A DNA stretch of 63,540 nt, filler included, from Cercozoa sp. M6MM (GCA_040357565.1; 10 parts of 10 records of this genome joined end to end with filler, not necessarily neighbours in it), one strand, 5' to 3'; numbered from the whole stretch's first letter, positions 37,277 to 52,150 are shown. The notes: generated from the sequence alone by a model not told the origin. Translations and numbers: made by a program.

Positions 37277-37688
37277 CTCGAGGATTTTCTGATTTCGAGT
37301 GGCGCTGCGCTCGGGTACCTCCGCGTCGACTTCGTGCCAACACTTCGTACAGTGTCGCTCAAGCTGCATGCACTGCAAGTCTGGCGGCGAGTCGAGTGCT
37401 TAAGCTTGCAATTGTCGTCGTCGCGATCAATGAAGTTAGCTAGTGTATTGTATTGATACCAAGCTCACCGCACCGATCGGCAGACTAGCGCTAGAAATTC
37501 GACAGTAGAGCGAGGCAACTGAAGCGAAGTATCCTCGCGTGTAGTAGGTACGGTAGGTAACGGGCGTTTCTTGACGTTTCGTCTCGCAGGAGCGCTTTCG
37601 AATCAAGAGCAGGCACGCCGAAATTTTCAGTTAGCCGTAGCGTGTGCTCCTCCTGTCCGCGCGCGAAGCGAAGCGATACAGCGCCTTA

Positions 37689-38420
37689 ATGACGGAGAAG
37701 CGAACCAAGCTTTTTGATGAAGTTACGACTCCCATTGCGAAGAAATCAAAGTACTGGCCAGCTAAAACAATCTCTCAGTATAGCGCTAGCTTGCACCTTA
37801 CGTTGTTCGCAAATCGACTGAGTACAGGCAAGCCAAGCGTGTGCACCACAGACGCGAGAGCACTCTTGATGACCTTTGTATGACATTCCGAAAGCACAAC
37901 AACAGTGAGTTCCCCGCACAGTAATTTGTCTCGCTGCATCTTTGACTTAATTGTTTGATGTACTGGATGGATAGAGGTGAAACAAAGCATGGCTGATATC
38001 CGCTTGAAGCACGGGAGTCGTCGCAATTCTGTTGTTTCTCATAAAAGCAACAAGACTAGCACCGAAAGTCAGAAACAAGAGGCAATGAAACCAGTACCTC
38101 GCCTGCATCTGTTAAAGTACGGCGATACCGCGAGCAGATCGGTGCATGAAGAAGACGATCCTGCTACGAGCACTCCTACGCTTTTATCTCTGGTGCCTTG
38201 CATCCGCACTATCATTTACTAGACTCTGGAAAACAGATTGTTTGTTCAGGTCAAACAACTCCGACAAGAGCGTGACGAGGCCATTCGGCAGCGCGACGAG
38301 GCACTGCAGCAGCTCGCAACACGCCAGCTCAAAGCTACTCTAAACGAGCCATAATATCGAGTCTCAACTAGCGGTAGCCGGTAGTGTTGATACATCGGTG
38401 TAGTTCACTCACGGCGTCAA
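37689..38420 (+). CDS. Hypothetical protein with short coiled coil; ends approximate
   Basis: MTEKRTKLFDEVTTP..., then exon VKQLRQERDEAIRQRDEALQQ; GT-AG gaps. Confidence 0.45.
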
Positions 38421-38569
38421 GCAACGAATTCGCGCGGCTCAAGTTGAGCACTGTCGTTGTTTGAACAACTCAAGTTTATCTCATCTCAAGGTAAGTATAC
38501 ATACCGAGCTTGTTGCCGCAGTAATTATACTTTTTACGGAGACTTGGACGGACGGTTAGCGTTGCTGTT

Positions 38570-38690
38570 CCGTACCCGTACCGTCTGTAGCTAGTATACC
38601 GTACCCGTACCGTCTGNNNNNNNNNNCTAGTATACCGTACCCGTACCGTCTGTAGCTAGTATACCGTACCCGTGCGTACCGTACCGTACG
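38570..38690. repeat. 29-nt minisatellite (ctagtataccgtacccgtaccgtctgtag) spanning a 10-N gap
   Basis: The same unit appears on both sides of the gap. Confidence 0.9.
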
Positions 38691-38887
38691 TACACAAACG
38701 AGTTCGAAAACGCGACCACGAAGCTCCTTAATCAACTAAAAGGTAAAACCAAAGGTCGGGTATGGGGGTAAAGGGGTATCGGGGGCAAAGGGGTAAAATG
38801 GGATTTTATTCTGATTTTGCCTCGAAAAACCCCGCCATGCCTGCAAAAGTCTAGATCTCACGGTCAGACTACAAGAATATATCGTTT

Positions 38888-40883
<1,996 letters not shown>

Positions 40884-40989
40884 TGCTACATATTTGCGCA
40901 ACCTTAATTTTGTGTCATTCAGCGATGTAGCCAGTGCCTTGAAGTCGGTGCTGATGTGCATTTAGCCACGTGAACGGACTTAATTTACT

Positions 40990-41915
40990 ATGCAACGGCG
41001 GTTAATGGGCGAGTTGCGGTGCTTTTGCGTGATTTCCGCGTGGTTGCTTTGTGATGGTTTCCTTATATTCTGCTCCCAGCGAACTGCGCAAAGGGAAAAC
41101 CGACGGCGTCGACGACGAAGGGTATATTCGCGCCGTAGCTTTTTTTAAACATTCTCCGACAGCTGTCTTCCTAGGGTGTGGCTACGGCCACGTGACGATC
41201 AACTACGTCAGTGGGTGGCGTTTCTCCTGGGACCACCCGACTCACCCTACCAGGACCGAGGTATTGCTGATCTCTTGTCTCGGTTTACTGCTGGTTTTAA
41301 AACACTTTCTTGGTGCAGTGTTTGAGCTGCGTGTCAGTGTGCCGGAGCGCTACCCGATGCGGCCGCCCGAGATGCGTTTCGTCACACGCGTGTTCCACCC
41401 GAACGTGCACTGGCAATCAGGGTACTTCTTGACCTGTCCAGTTCTTCTTCAATCTGTCACTGCCTGTGAGACACAAAATTAAGGGAGCGTTTGTGTGCAG
41501 AGAGATATGTCTGGACATTCTGAAGGAGGAGTGGAGTCCGATCTGGACTCTGGAGTCTGCCTGCAGGGCGGTAGGCTCCTTGTTACCTGTGATCCCCTGT
41601 TACCTCTCCTTCCCTCAGGTCAGGACACTTTTGGCACACCCGGCAGCCGACTCGCCGCTTAACTGCGACGCAGGTAGCTTTGAACACCTCTTGACTCGTT
41701 GCGCATTTCACACGCGCGCATGCACACTCAGGCAACATGCTCCGCGCGGAGGACACTGCCGTGTTCGAGAGCCTGGCTGCCATGTATGCAACCGAGCTGG
41801 CCGACACGCTGCCACAGCATCGGTACACCGTCACATACACACACACACACACCACACCACACACACGCGCGCGTCTGTTCGTAGGAGCAAAATTACCGCC
41901 ATGGAAGACTGCTAG
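40990..41915 (+). CDS. PEX4: Peroxisomal ubiquitin-conjugating enzyme E2, PEX4-like
   Basis: GPPDSPY, YPMRPP, FHPNVHWQSGEICLDILKEEWSPIWTL and PAADSPLNCDAGNMLR, the latter typical of PEX4/UBC21. Confidence 0.85.
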
Positions 41916-42631
41916 CTCCATGCAGCGCTGTGCTGTTGCACGTGAAAGCACAGCACAGCCTGCGCGGGGAAAAGATCACCGACTAATCGATACGATAATT
42001 AGCGGTCGGTCGACTCGCTGGCGTTGTTGACTGTTTCTGCGCATGGACAATCGCAATTTACTAAACAGAACGCACCAACTGCTCCTTGGGTTCTTTGCGA
42101 AACTGTTCGTGTAGCTGCTGAGCTGCACATCACCCCAGTAGCCGCATGCGAGCCCGAGGCGAAAGAGACGTCGTCGTGTGGGTTCTTATCAAAAAGAGCC
42201 GTCAGTATCGTGCCACCGCCATCGACATATCGTTGCTGTCGCTTTCACGTCACTTTCAAATTCGTATAATTGAAACTGACATGCCGGCGTTTCTCGAGGC
42301 ACGGCACAGAAAGTTACATCTCTTGTTACTGACGGTTGTCAGTGAAAAGAACTAAATAAAAGAAGTAAGTCGTCAATTAGACGAAGCGAGGGAATCAATG
42401 ATTCAGTTAGTAGAAGCGAAGTGAAGAATTACCCCAACTGGGTTCTTACGTCAAACTAGACGGAGTTGTCGACGGAATCTTCCGTCGCGGGGAAAATCGT
42501 GAGAAGATTTAACAAGAAAACCCCTTCGCTCNNNNNNNNNNNNNNNNNNNNNNNNNNNNNNNNNNNNNNNNNNNNTTAATTAATTAANNNNNNNNNNNNN
42601 NNNNNNNNNNNNNNNNNNNNNNNNNNNNNNN

Positions 42632-44243
42632 CCCCCAGTTTACCCCCCCCCCCCGAGCAGTGGGACGCGATCACGGACTACAGAGTGGTGGCATGCGATC
42701 GTACGGGACACGTGCTGATGAACTATGTGCCATACGAGGAGAAACTGGGCGCACGTGCCAACCGATCAGCACTCTCACTCAGTGAGTGTGGTCAACTGAT
42801 CGCACTTGGTACCACGTGCACATGCACATGTGTACTTTTTGACTGCACTGGACACTTCAGGTGCCTACGACGGCACTGTTCGCATCATCAACGCCAACGC
42901 TTGGACACTCGCTGCGACGGTAGCACTGGGTTTACCCCCCCCCCCCCCGTCGACCCCGTTGACCCCTTGTTACCCCCTGTTGACCCCCTGTTTACCCCCT
43001 GTTTACCCCCTGTTTTACCCTCTGTTTACCCCCCCTGTTTACCCCCCCTGTTTACCCCCTGTTTACCCCCTGTTTACCTCCCTGTCGACCCCTTGTTTAC
43101 TCCCTGTTTTACCCTCTATTTACCCCCCTGTTTACCCCCTGTTTACCCTCCTGTTAATCCCCCTGCTAACCCCCCTGTTTACCCCCTGTTGACCCCTGTT
43201 AACCGCTTAGTTGCACCACAATGTGCACGCGTCGCACAGCAGTACGACAGTGTTTCGCGAACACGCGAAAGAATTCGCGGTCGATCGGTTTCCGACGCCG
43301 AGTGAGGTAGCGTTAGTTTACCTCCCCTCCCTCCGTATCCCCTTTGTACCCCCTACTTCTTAACTCCCTGCCGAAGTGGGCGAACTTGCGCGTAAAGTCG
43401 TCGCCGGAGCAAGCGTTTCCGCCGCTGGGAGTTCACGTGGTCGCCTTCAGTTTCGACTCGCGCTACTTGCTCTGTGTTGCTGGTGTGGACTGTCTTACCC
43501 CCCTGTTTACCCCCCCTGTTTACCCCCCTATTTACCCCCTGTTTACCCCCCTGTTTAGCCTCCTGTTTACCTCCCTTTAACCCCCTGCTTACCCCCTGTT
43601 TTACCCTTCATACTCCCCCCAGAGGACCTGCCGACACTGGTGTGGATCTGGGACGTCGAGCGCGTGCGACTGTCGGCGCTGCTGCGCATGCGGACGAACG
43701 TTCGCTCCTGTGCCTGGCAGCCTGGCACGCACCGTGTCGCTGTCACTGTAGCCCCTTTACCCCCTCCCGTGCCTTGAGTTACCTTCGGTGCGTGTGCACA
43801 GACAGCGAGTGACGCTGTATTCTTCTGGAGTCCGCGCGGATGTGCGCGAGTACAGGTGCCGATCGAAGGCTTTGTGGCGCGTAGTGTGCACGTAGGCCGA
43901 GCTTTACCCCCTCTTACCTCCCTCTTTACCCCTCTTACCCCCCGGCATGCAGTGGAACCCAGAGGTGACGCGGCGCATGTGCGTGCTCAACGACCGCACG
44001 CGATCGGCACTGCTGTATGTGGCGCAGTCGGACGTCTTGGGCAGGTCGGCCGAGGAGGAGGCGCCGCTCAAGGGCAGTGTGCTCGACTTGCAGGACGAGT
44101 CTGCCTCCGACTTTGATGCCGACGTCACTCTCGAACTGCGGCATGGTATCGACACTGACATCGATCTCGGCAGCAACGATATCGACGTCTTTCTCGGCAG
44201 CAACGACACTGAGCACTCGACTCTGCGCGATGACTTTGTGTGA
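42632..44243 (+). CDS. WRAP73: WD40 protein WRAP73/WDR8 (centriole/ciliogenesis); 5' partial
   Basis: IALGAYDGTVRIINANAW, GVHVVAFSFDSRYLL, DLPTLVWIWDV, FWSPRGC. Confidence 0.85.
42920..43210 (+). repeat. Intron composed of degenerate TTTACCCCCCTG repeats (largest example of a window-wide family)
   Basis: About 290-nt GT...AG intron made almost entirely of variants of this unit. Confidence 0.92.
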
Positions 44244-44809
44244 ATTCTGCTCGCTTTGATTGCAACTACAGCAGTCGTTGATAGTAGTCATTAACCCGTC
44301 CGCGCGGAGATTACAACGCAAGTCATTGTCTCAATCAAGTATGAAGTATTGCAGTGAGAGAAGTCTTAAGAATGTTTTTGGCTTCAGTTGTGGCGGTGTC
44401 CTTGCGGAGTGTCGCGACCAAGGGCGGCTTGCTTCGGTCAAGATCCCGGGGGATCACATCGAGACCCAGTACTGGTAAACCTACTTCAATTCCAACGTTG
44501 ACTCAACTGAGTGGCGACTCATCTAACGTAGCTGATGATTTATTTTACTCCCCCGTCCATCGTCCGTTCCATTTATTGTTTCAGTCATTGAGCCGCAGTA
44601 ACAACCGAACTGATCGAACTAAACGACCGGACTGCCGGAATCACATGAGAAAGTATTTTTCATTAAGTTACGACATCAACCGACAACCTCGGCACGCGGA
44701 CTCGGCCGGCCCTACTGTAGCCTCACGCTGTCCCAGTGGACTCGAGCCGTTATTTTGATAGATTCAGTTGCAACAACGAGACAGCATGGCAGCAAACGTG
44801 ACGTGAAAC

Positions 44810-45146
44810 TTAGACGCCCGAGTCAGTCGACTGCTTTCTGCGGGCTACAGAAACACAAGAAACGCATCACTGTGAGATGCTGCATTCAAGTCAAGCAAGT
44901 ACCGTAGACACCGAGGCAGGCACACACGGCGACGAGACCGATGAGCGTACCGAAGATACCAGCGAACACATCACCGGCGTCTACGAACAGCACAAAAGCA
45001 CATCAGGTCGCGACCGGGGCAGGCAGATTCCAAGATCGCACAAAATTGATCAGAATCAGCGATGGTGTACCGGCAGTCACGGGCTGGCAGAGAGCCAGAA
45101 GCATCACGAGCATGGCGCACAGACGCGCGAACATCGAGTCAAACAT
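44810..45146 (-). CDS. SMIM30: SMIM30-like small integral membrane protein, 3 exons, about 60 aa
   Basis: Spliced product MFDSMFARLCAMLVMLLALCQPVTADAGDVFAGIFGTLIGLVAVCACLGVYARRKQSTDSGV*; the AGD...CACLGVYAR signature matches SMIM30 as recalled. Confidence 0.85.
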
Positions 45147-45470
45147 CGTTTCTTGTGAGTTTAGCGCTTCTGTGCACACCAAAAAAATATGCGGCATCAG
45201 GTCCTGTGTCCCTAATGAGACAAGCCAGATAATCAACTTACACTGTGCACAGACACACTAGCAGCGGTGTCTAGTGCAACCTCTGTTCCGACTCAAGTAG
45301 GCAGTTGCGAACCAAGTTGGACCACCGGCCCGGCTCGGATGGAGCTGCTGGTCAGCCCTGGTCCACAACACAGCGATGATGGGTTTGTGGCGCTATCATC
45401 ACCGTATCATTGTGTGCAAAGCAATCTAGTATTATCTAGTAACGCTCTGCAGCGTTGGAGCACGTCCAAG

Positions 45471-45890
45471 ATGGTACCTTGTAAGCAAAAGCAGAATGAA
45501 TGACACATACTTTGCCTGTTTGTTGTGTCTGCAGGACACGGCAGTTTTCTTGGCCAAGTCGTGCTTTGCTGGCGGCGTACCTCTTTTCTCTCACCTCTTG
45601 TTTCTGTGGAAGCAGCTCAGTGATCTCCTCTCCTTGTGCAGTCAGCAGCATGTGCGGCCGAGTTGGCAACTCTGCCTTTAGACACGGCCAAGGTAAAGAC
45701 AGGTCTGCAGCACTGGCGCCGAGTGTAGCCACCTGTGTGAGTGTGTGCCAGTGTAGGTAAGACTGCAGGTGCAGGACAATACGTCAAAACGGCCGTACAC
45801 AGGACTGGTCGACTGTGCGCGACGCATGACTGTCGAAGGTATTTCTGACCTAACCGTGTGCATGAGTCAGCTTGCATGCGCGCGCACACC

Positions 45891-45932
<42 letters not shown>

Positions 45933-45955
45933 CACACACACGCACACACACACAC
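45471..45955 (+). CDS. Mitochondrial carrier (SLC25), uncoupling-protein-like; 3' partial
   Basis: FAGGSAACAAELATLPLDTAKVRLQVQ...YTGLVDCARRMTVEG; PLDTAKVRLQ is typical of UCPs. Confidence 0.85.
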
Positions 45956-46055
45956 NNNNNNNNNNNNNNNNNNNNNNNNNNNNNNNNNNNNNNNNNNNNT
46001 TAATTAATTAANNNNNNNNNNNNNNNNNNNNNNNNNNNNNNNNNNNNNNNNNNNN

Positions 46056-47127
46056 GTGTGTGTGTGTGTGTGTGTGTGTGTCGACACAGCGGGTCAGTCG
46101 CGTGCCGTGCTGTACCGATCGCGCTTTTTGGTGAAGCACCTGCGCAAGCAACTGAACAAGCACGGCATTCGGTTTCGGTAGGTCCTGTGGGGTACGGGGG
46201 TATTGGGGTAATGGGAAGGGTGACATGAGGGTAGCATGGGGGTAACACGGGGGGTAACAGACTGACTGACATGAGCACAGCGAGGTCGGCGAGTCGTCGA
46301 GCTTCTACAAGATCAAGGAGGCCAAGGACCTGCTGGCCGTGCTGCGACTGATCCTAAATCCGTGCGACGACTTTGCCATGAGGCGCGTCTACGGCAACCT
46401 GCGCGGCATCGGTCCCAAGGCCGTCGATTCGATTGCATTGCTGGCCCGCACGGCCCGGGTAACACCCTTGCACCTCTGGGGGAGGGGGTTAAAGGGAGTA
46501 AGTGGGGTATTTTCCCTTACTTGGCAGATCACGCATCTTCGCGCTCTCGATCTTCTGTTCCACGCCTCCATCGGCGAACTCGACTCGTTGCGGTACCTGT
46601 ACCCGTACCTGTACGGGGGAGTGTGTAAAGAGGAAGGGGTAAAGGAGGAGGGTAATGTTGCAATGACATGGTAATATTGCAATGGCACGTAGACAACCTC
46701 TCTCGAAGGAGGAGGCGGCAGCACTGGAAACGATCGAGAAACGCCTGCCGAAAAGCGAGGCCGTTCGGACCAGTGTCGGCGGCTTCCTCAAGGGCTACCG
46801 CACCATGTATAAGCAGGTCTATGACAACGTTCCTTTGTCGATTTGTGTCAGAACTCTGGTATTAGTCCTCTTCACTCCCCTACCCCTTACTCACCACCTG
46901 TGCGTGTTTGTCAGATCATGAATCTTGGTCTCCGCGAGCAGCTCGATAAGAGTAGCGCTCCACTCATTGGTTCCGTTTAACCTCTCTCCTATTTAATCTC
47001 CCTGCAAAAACAGAGTACGCGGCGGATATGCCGGATCTGACGGCAGAGAAGGCGTTTGAGAAGGCCGAGAGTCACCAAAAGAAAAACCTCAATCTCGACA
47101 AGTTCTGCGATCGCGCCCTGTGGGTGC

Positions 47128-47170
<43 letters not shown>
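46056..47170 (+). CDS. UvrD/PcrA/Srs2-type SF1A helicase, internal fragment
   Basis: VAVLYRS..., SFYKIKEAKDLLAVLRLILNPCDDFAMRRV...RGIG (2A/2B domain signature). Confidence 0.85.
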
Positions 47171-47275
47171 NNNNNNNNNNNNNNNNNNNNNNNNNNNNNN
47201 NNNNNNNNNNNNNNTTAATTAATTAANNNNNNNNNNNNNNNNNNNNNNNNNNNNNNNNNNNNNNNNNNNNACACA

Positions 47276-47333
<58 letters not shown>

Positions 47334-47399
47334 TACACACATACAACACGCGCACATGTAAGTATACCTTATACACACACCCACACACCCACATACAAC

Positions 47400-48590
47400 A
47401 TACAAACACCCGCATACACGCATGCTACAAAAAATTCAAGTAGATATACCATGCACAAATTGATGGGCAGATTTCGATAGACTGACATGCTCGCCAGCAC
47501 ACCGAAAGCAATGCCACTACTGCCTGCGATCACACAGAGATAGACCAGTGGTATACAAGGAAAACAGTTGAGAAGGTGCCAGCTACCAACACAAGGCAGA
47601 GCAAACAGTCGCGACAGTGCGATAGATGCGACGCCAATGGCGGCAATGTCTCTGCACAAAAATACACTCCTGGATGTCAGCACACAGAGGGCAAGGGGGG
47701 CAGCTCACCTTGCCGCAGCGAGACCAAGGAAGGGCTGATACACGTCGTTCCCGTTGGCATTAATGTAGGATGTCTGCACAACATATGCACAACACACGAA
47801 AGGATGTCTCACGACGCAGACGGCAGGAACGCAGTACCTCAAACACAGGCAGCAACGAGTACATGGAGACACCGCAGAGAACGAAATGAGCCAGGTGTGC
47901 ATGCGTGAACAAACTAGTCCCTACCCGCGAAAGAAACAAAGCTAACGGTGACACTCTTACAGAAAAGACTGATCGTACACATGGCTAGCGGAGAGGCGCC
48001 GCGCTGACACACGAACAAGCGACGCGGCAGGCGCGGAATCGTTGAGAGCAACGAGGTTCCTGCCATGCCTACACACACACACTCATACACACAGACATAA
48101 ACAACAACTCCTTTGCGGTGGACAACTCCTGAGGTAGAAAGCACAAGGTACCGATCAACACGGCCGCCGACACTGGTGTCAACGACCATCTGTGCAGCAA
48201 CTGATCGCTGCACACTCACACACATCCGTCCATACGTTCATACATACGCACATACAGACACACACATACAGACACACATGCAGACACACATACAGACACA
48301 CATACAGACATAACATACAGACATAACATACAAACATACAGACATACAGTAAGCATACAAGAGAGACTGTTGTGAATTCACGCCCAATGCATTCAGCAAA
48401 TCGGCCGACCGCGAGCTGTTGGCCCACTGCACGCGGTGCTCTACTCACAAACACAAACTGCACTCAACACGCACGCCTCCAAAAGAGCAGAAGGGGAGTA
48501 CGATCGAGGTAAAAATAAGTCGCGGCCGGAAGTGCGATGCCTGATCAGTACAATCCACGTGTATGTCCATGAGCGACCACACGAGTCCAT
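47400..48590 (-). CDS. Multi-pass membrane protein, possibly rhomboid-like; 3' partial
   Basis: Hydrophobic exons including AGSSGIAFGVLA (GxSG-like); otherwise divergent. Confidence 0.35.
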
Positions 48591-48829
48591 GGTTTGGCTC
48601 CCCAACACAAATGCGGAAAATAGCCCAATTTTGGGCGCACGTGATGTGACGCGACCTACTTGTAGCAAATGTTGCTGCCCTCCCCAGCGCTAACAACATA
48701 TGTAGATGGCGCCGAAATATCTAAACACTGCCCAAAGAAGGCGCCTTTTCGGTGGCTACAGTGTTGAGGATGTGTTATTGTGTTATTCTACGGCTATCCC
48801 GAGGTGAGTCATGTAACTGAAACTAACTC

Positions 48830-51800
48830 TACTCGGGCGTCTCGGTCTCGAATTTCAATTCAGCGCCGGGCTGCCGTGTAGCACAAAATGAAACAAGAGG
48901 AACAGGAGGGACAACAAATGAGTCTACCGCAAGGAGCACGGGTGGCAGATTCGGAATCACGAGTTTCGAATACTCGGGTGGTACAACGTCCGTCATTCCT
49001 ATGGGCTCACACTTGTACAGGACACAGACACAGGACACAGACACAGGACACAGACACAGACAGAGACAGGGACGGTACCAAGATGATCGGCTAGCTTGAG
49101 CATATGGAGACACTCCAGCGCCTGCGGCAGCTCCGCATGCTCCCTGGGGGAGAGGTAAAAGGATAGGAGGTAAAGGGATAGGGGGTAAAGGGATAGGGTA
49201 GGGGTAAAGGGATAGGGGGTAAAGGGATAGGGCAGGGGCAAAGCGGGGGGGGGGGGGGCAAAGCTCCTACTCCAAGAAGGCGCGCAGCATCTCCGTCCTG
49301 AGCGAAAATCGCTTAGTCGATACGCGCGGATGGTCTGTCAAACACCAGTCGATCCGCGCGGACACTAACACACAGGAGAGACAAGAGACTGAGAGAGTAC
49401 CATGCATAGCCGGATGCAGCAGCAGTTGCGTCCACATCAGCAGCATGCGATGTACCTGGGTAGGGGGGGGGGGTAGGGGGTAAAGGGGGGTAAGGGGGAC
49501 TGGAGTACCGTGGGCACAACACGTCGGTCGGCGTCTCCTCTGCATCCCAGCAGCTGCGCACACGTCGTTTCAGCCCCCTTAACCCACTTTAACCCCCAGC
49601 ACCCCCTTAACCCCCAACACCCCTTTAATCCCAACACCCCTTTAACCCCAGCACCCCTTAAACCCCCAACACCCCTTTAACCCAGCACCCCTTTAACCCC
49701 AGCACCCCTTAAACCCCAACACCCCCTTGTTTCAATACCAGACTTTCGAGGCAGCGCAGTGGCATGGCAGCGTGCAGTTCGGACAGATCACTGCACATAC
49801 CGAGTGTGACCTGACCACATGGGTGTGACCACATGGGTGTGACCACGTGGGTATGACCACGTGGGTGTGACCACTCAGAGAGAGAGAAGGTACGGTCGCA
49901 CGGTGTAGTGCGCCAGTGACGCCAGCTGCGCCAGCAGCTCCGGCTCCTTGGCGTGGCGCGCACACTTACGCATGAGCTACAGTGGACAAATGGACCAGTG
50001 CAAGGGTACAAATGGACCAGTGCAAGGGTACAAATGGACCAGTGCGAGGGTACAAATGGACCACACGACGTACCTGAGGTAGATTGTAGGGATTGAGGCC
50101 GCCGCTCGACATCAGTTCCGTCAGTGCGTAGACTCGCGCCGCCGGTCGTACCGCTCTGTACACATGGACGCAGTTTGGAACGGTCCATTTCGGACGGTCC
50201 ATTTGGGACAGTCCATTCGGGACGGTCCATCTGAACAACACAGAGTGGCTACAGTACACATCGGGTGCCTCTGCCAGGTAGCCCTTTTGCAGCGACGTCA
50301 GGCGCCTGCCGGCATTCACTTCGATCGCTCTGTTGGCAGGGGGGGGGGGGGGGGGGGGGNNNNNNNNNNNNNNNNNNNNNNNNNNNNNNNNNNNNNNNNN
50401 NNNNNNNNNNNNNNNNNNNNNNNNNNNNNNNNNNNNNNNNNNNNNNNNNNNNNNNNNNNAAGAAGCTGCAAAAGCCACCGCAGCAGCATCCGGCGCGTCA
50501 TGGTGTCGTCGGAGTTCTCGAAACACTTGACCAAGGCCGTGAGCAGCTGTACACATTGTCCATCCGGACGGGTCAGTTGGACAGAACAATTAGACAGTTG
50601 GACAGTTGGACAGGACAGTTGGACAGGACAGTTGGACAGAACAGTTGGACAGTGTAGCCACCTGCAGCTCCGACTCTTCGGTCAGTCCAGGCAGCAGCAG
50701 CGCCTGCGTCGCCAGGTGCAGCTGCGCCATCGCCATCTCCGGCAACTGCGGCAGCAAAAGGTACCAGACACACACACAGGTGGCTACACATGACCACGTG
50801 GCCACTGGACGATTGATACCAAGTGATCCGAGTCAGTGAACCGTCGCAGCAGCGTCAGCACCGTCTGAACACAGCTTCCCCTTGCTTCCTTTACCCCCCT
50901 CCGATTGATCTACCTGCTGCTGCACAGTCCTCTCGCCGTCGCTGTCTGTACACACGCAGACTTTGTCCATTTGTACAGTGGTCCATTTGTACAGTGGTCC
51001 ATTTGTACAGTATCTGTACCACTCAGACGAGGCGGCGCAGCCAGCACGGCATCCAGCAGGTCCGTCGAGTTTTGATACACCAGCGACGCCCACTGGGAGG
51101 GGGGGTTAAAAGGGGTTAAAAGGGGGGGGGGTAAAAGGGGGGGGGGGAAGGGGGGGGGTAAGGGGGGGCAAAGGCAGAGTCTACGCGTTCATCATCGCCT
51201 TCGTCGAGTCGTTTCAGCACGGCACGCAGCAACATATCGCTGGAGCGGCCGTGATTTCTGGGGGGGGGAGGTTAAAGAGGGTGTTAAGGATGGGGTTAAA
51301 GAGGGGGTTAAGGGAGAGGTAAAGAGGGGTTAAGGAAGGGGTAAAGAGGAGCTTTAAGAGGGGGTTAAAGGAGGGTTAAAGGGGGGTTAAAGAGGGGGTT
51401 AAAAGAAGTACACGTCCGAGACGGCGTGCCAGTAGCCGCGTCGCAGGGCCAGCAGTACCTCGCGCAGTACCATTCCGTCCTGCCACGTGACAGGGTAGGT
51501 ACAGTGGGCATCAAAGACACTAGGCAGTCGGAAGACAGACATACACACTGTGTCGGCGCAGTACACACGACCTGGAGTACCTCCTCCAGAATGGCATGGT
51601 CATCTAGGTTCAAACACACTCCAAGTACTGGCCTGTAGTACAGACACTAGGTATGATGTACCCTCTGGCAGCACATCCAACAGAAGCCTGGCCGACTGAA
51701 CGGCGTAGTCCCATTTCTCTGCCGGCAGGAGGTAAGGGGTAAGGGGCAAAGGATAGAAGGCAAGGGGCAAGGGGGCCAAGTACCGGCAGCAGCATGCAGG

Positions 51801-52150
51801 CGCATCTCGAGCCGCAACGTTTTTGCCTTGTCGACATCGCCTTGGCTCGCTTTCTTTCTACACAGTGCGCACCCTTTAACAAGCAAAGTGGCTACAAAGC
51901 GCTCTGACAAATGCGAAAAACAATCAAGTACCGCCACACAGTCACTAGTGCGCGCGGAAGCATCGGCGACGCCTGCGGCGACGTCACCAGCGGGAACACC
52001 CAGTCGCTGCAGCACACAAACAAGTGCCCACCTGCCTGCACCACAACTCTAGTCTCTCAAACTGAGCCTACGCTTTCTCCTTTTGCCACAGTTGCGTCTC
52101 ATCCTGCTCCAGGTCGGGACACAAGCGCAAATCCGCCCTGCATTTTCATT
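48830..52150 (-). CDS. Large hypothetical multi-exon protein with repeat-filled introns; ends approximate
   Basis: GC-rich coding-like segments alternate with GT-AG-bounded repeat tracts on the - strand; no family recognised. Confidence 0.55.

Noticed and set aside
42806-43580. ORFs encoding PPVYPP / LFTPLFTP extensin-like proteins
   Set aside because: They are translations of intronic TTTACCCC arrays; removing these as GT-AG introns restores WRAP73.
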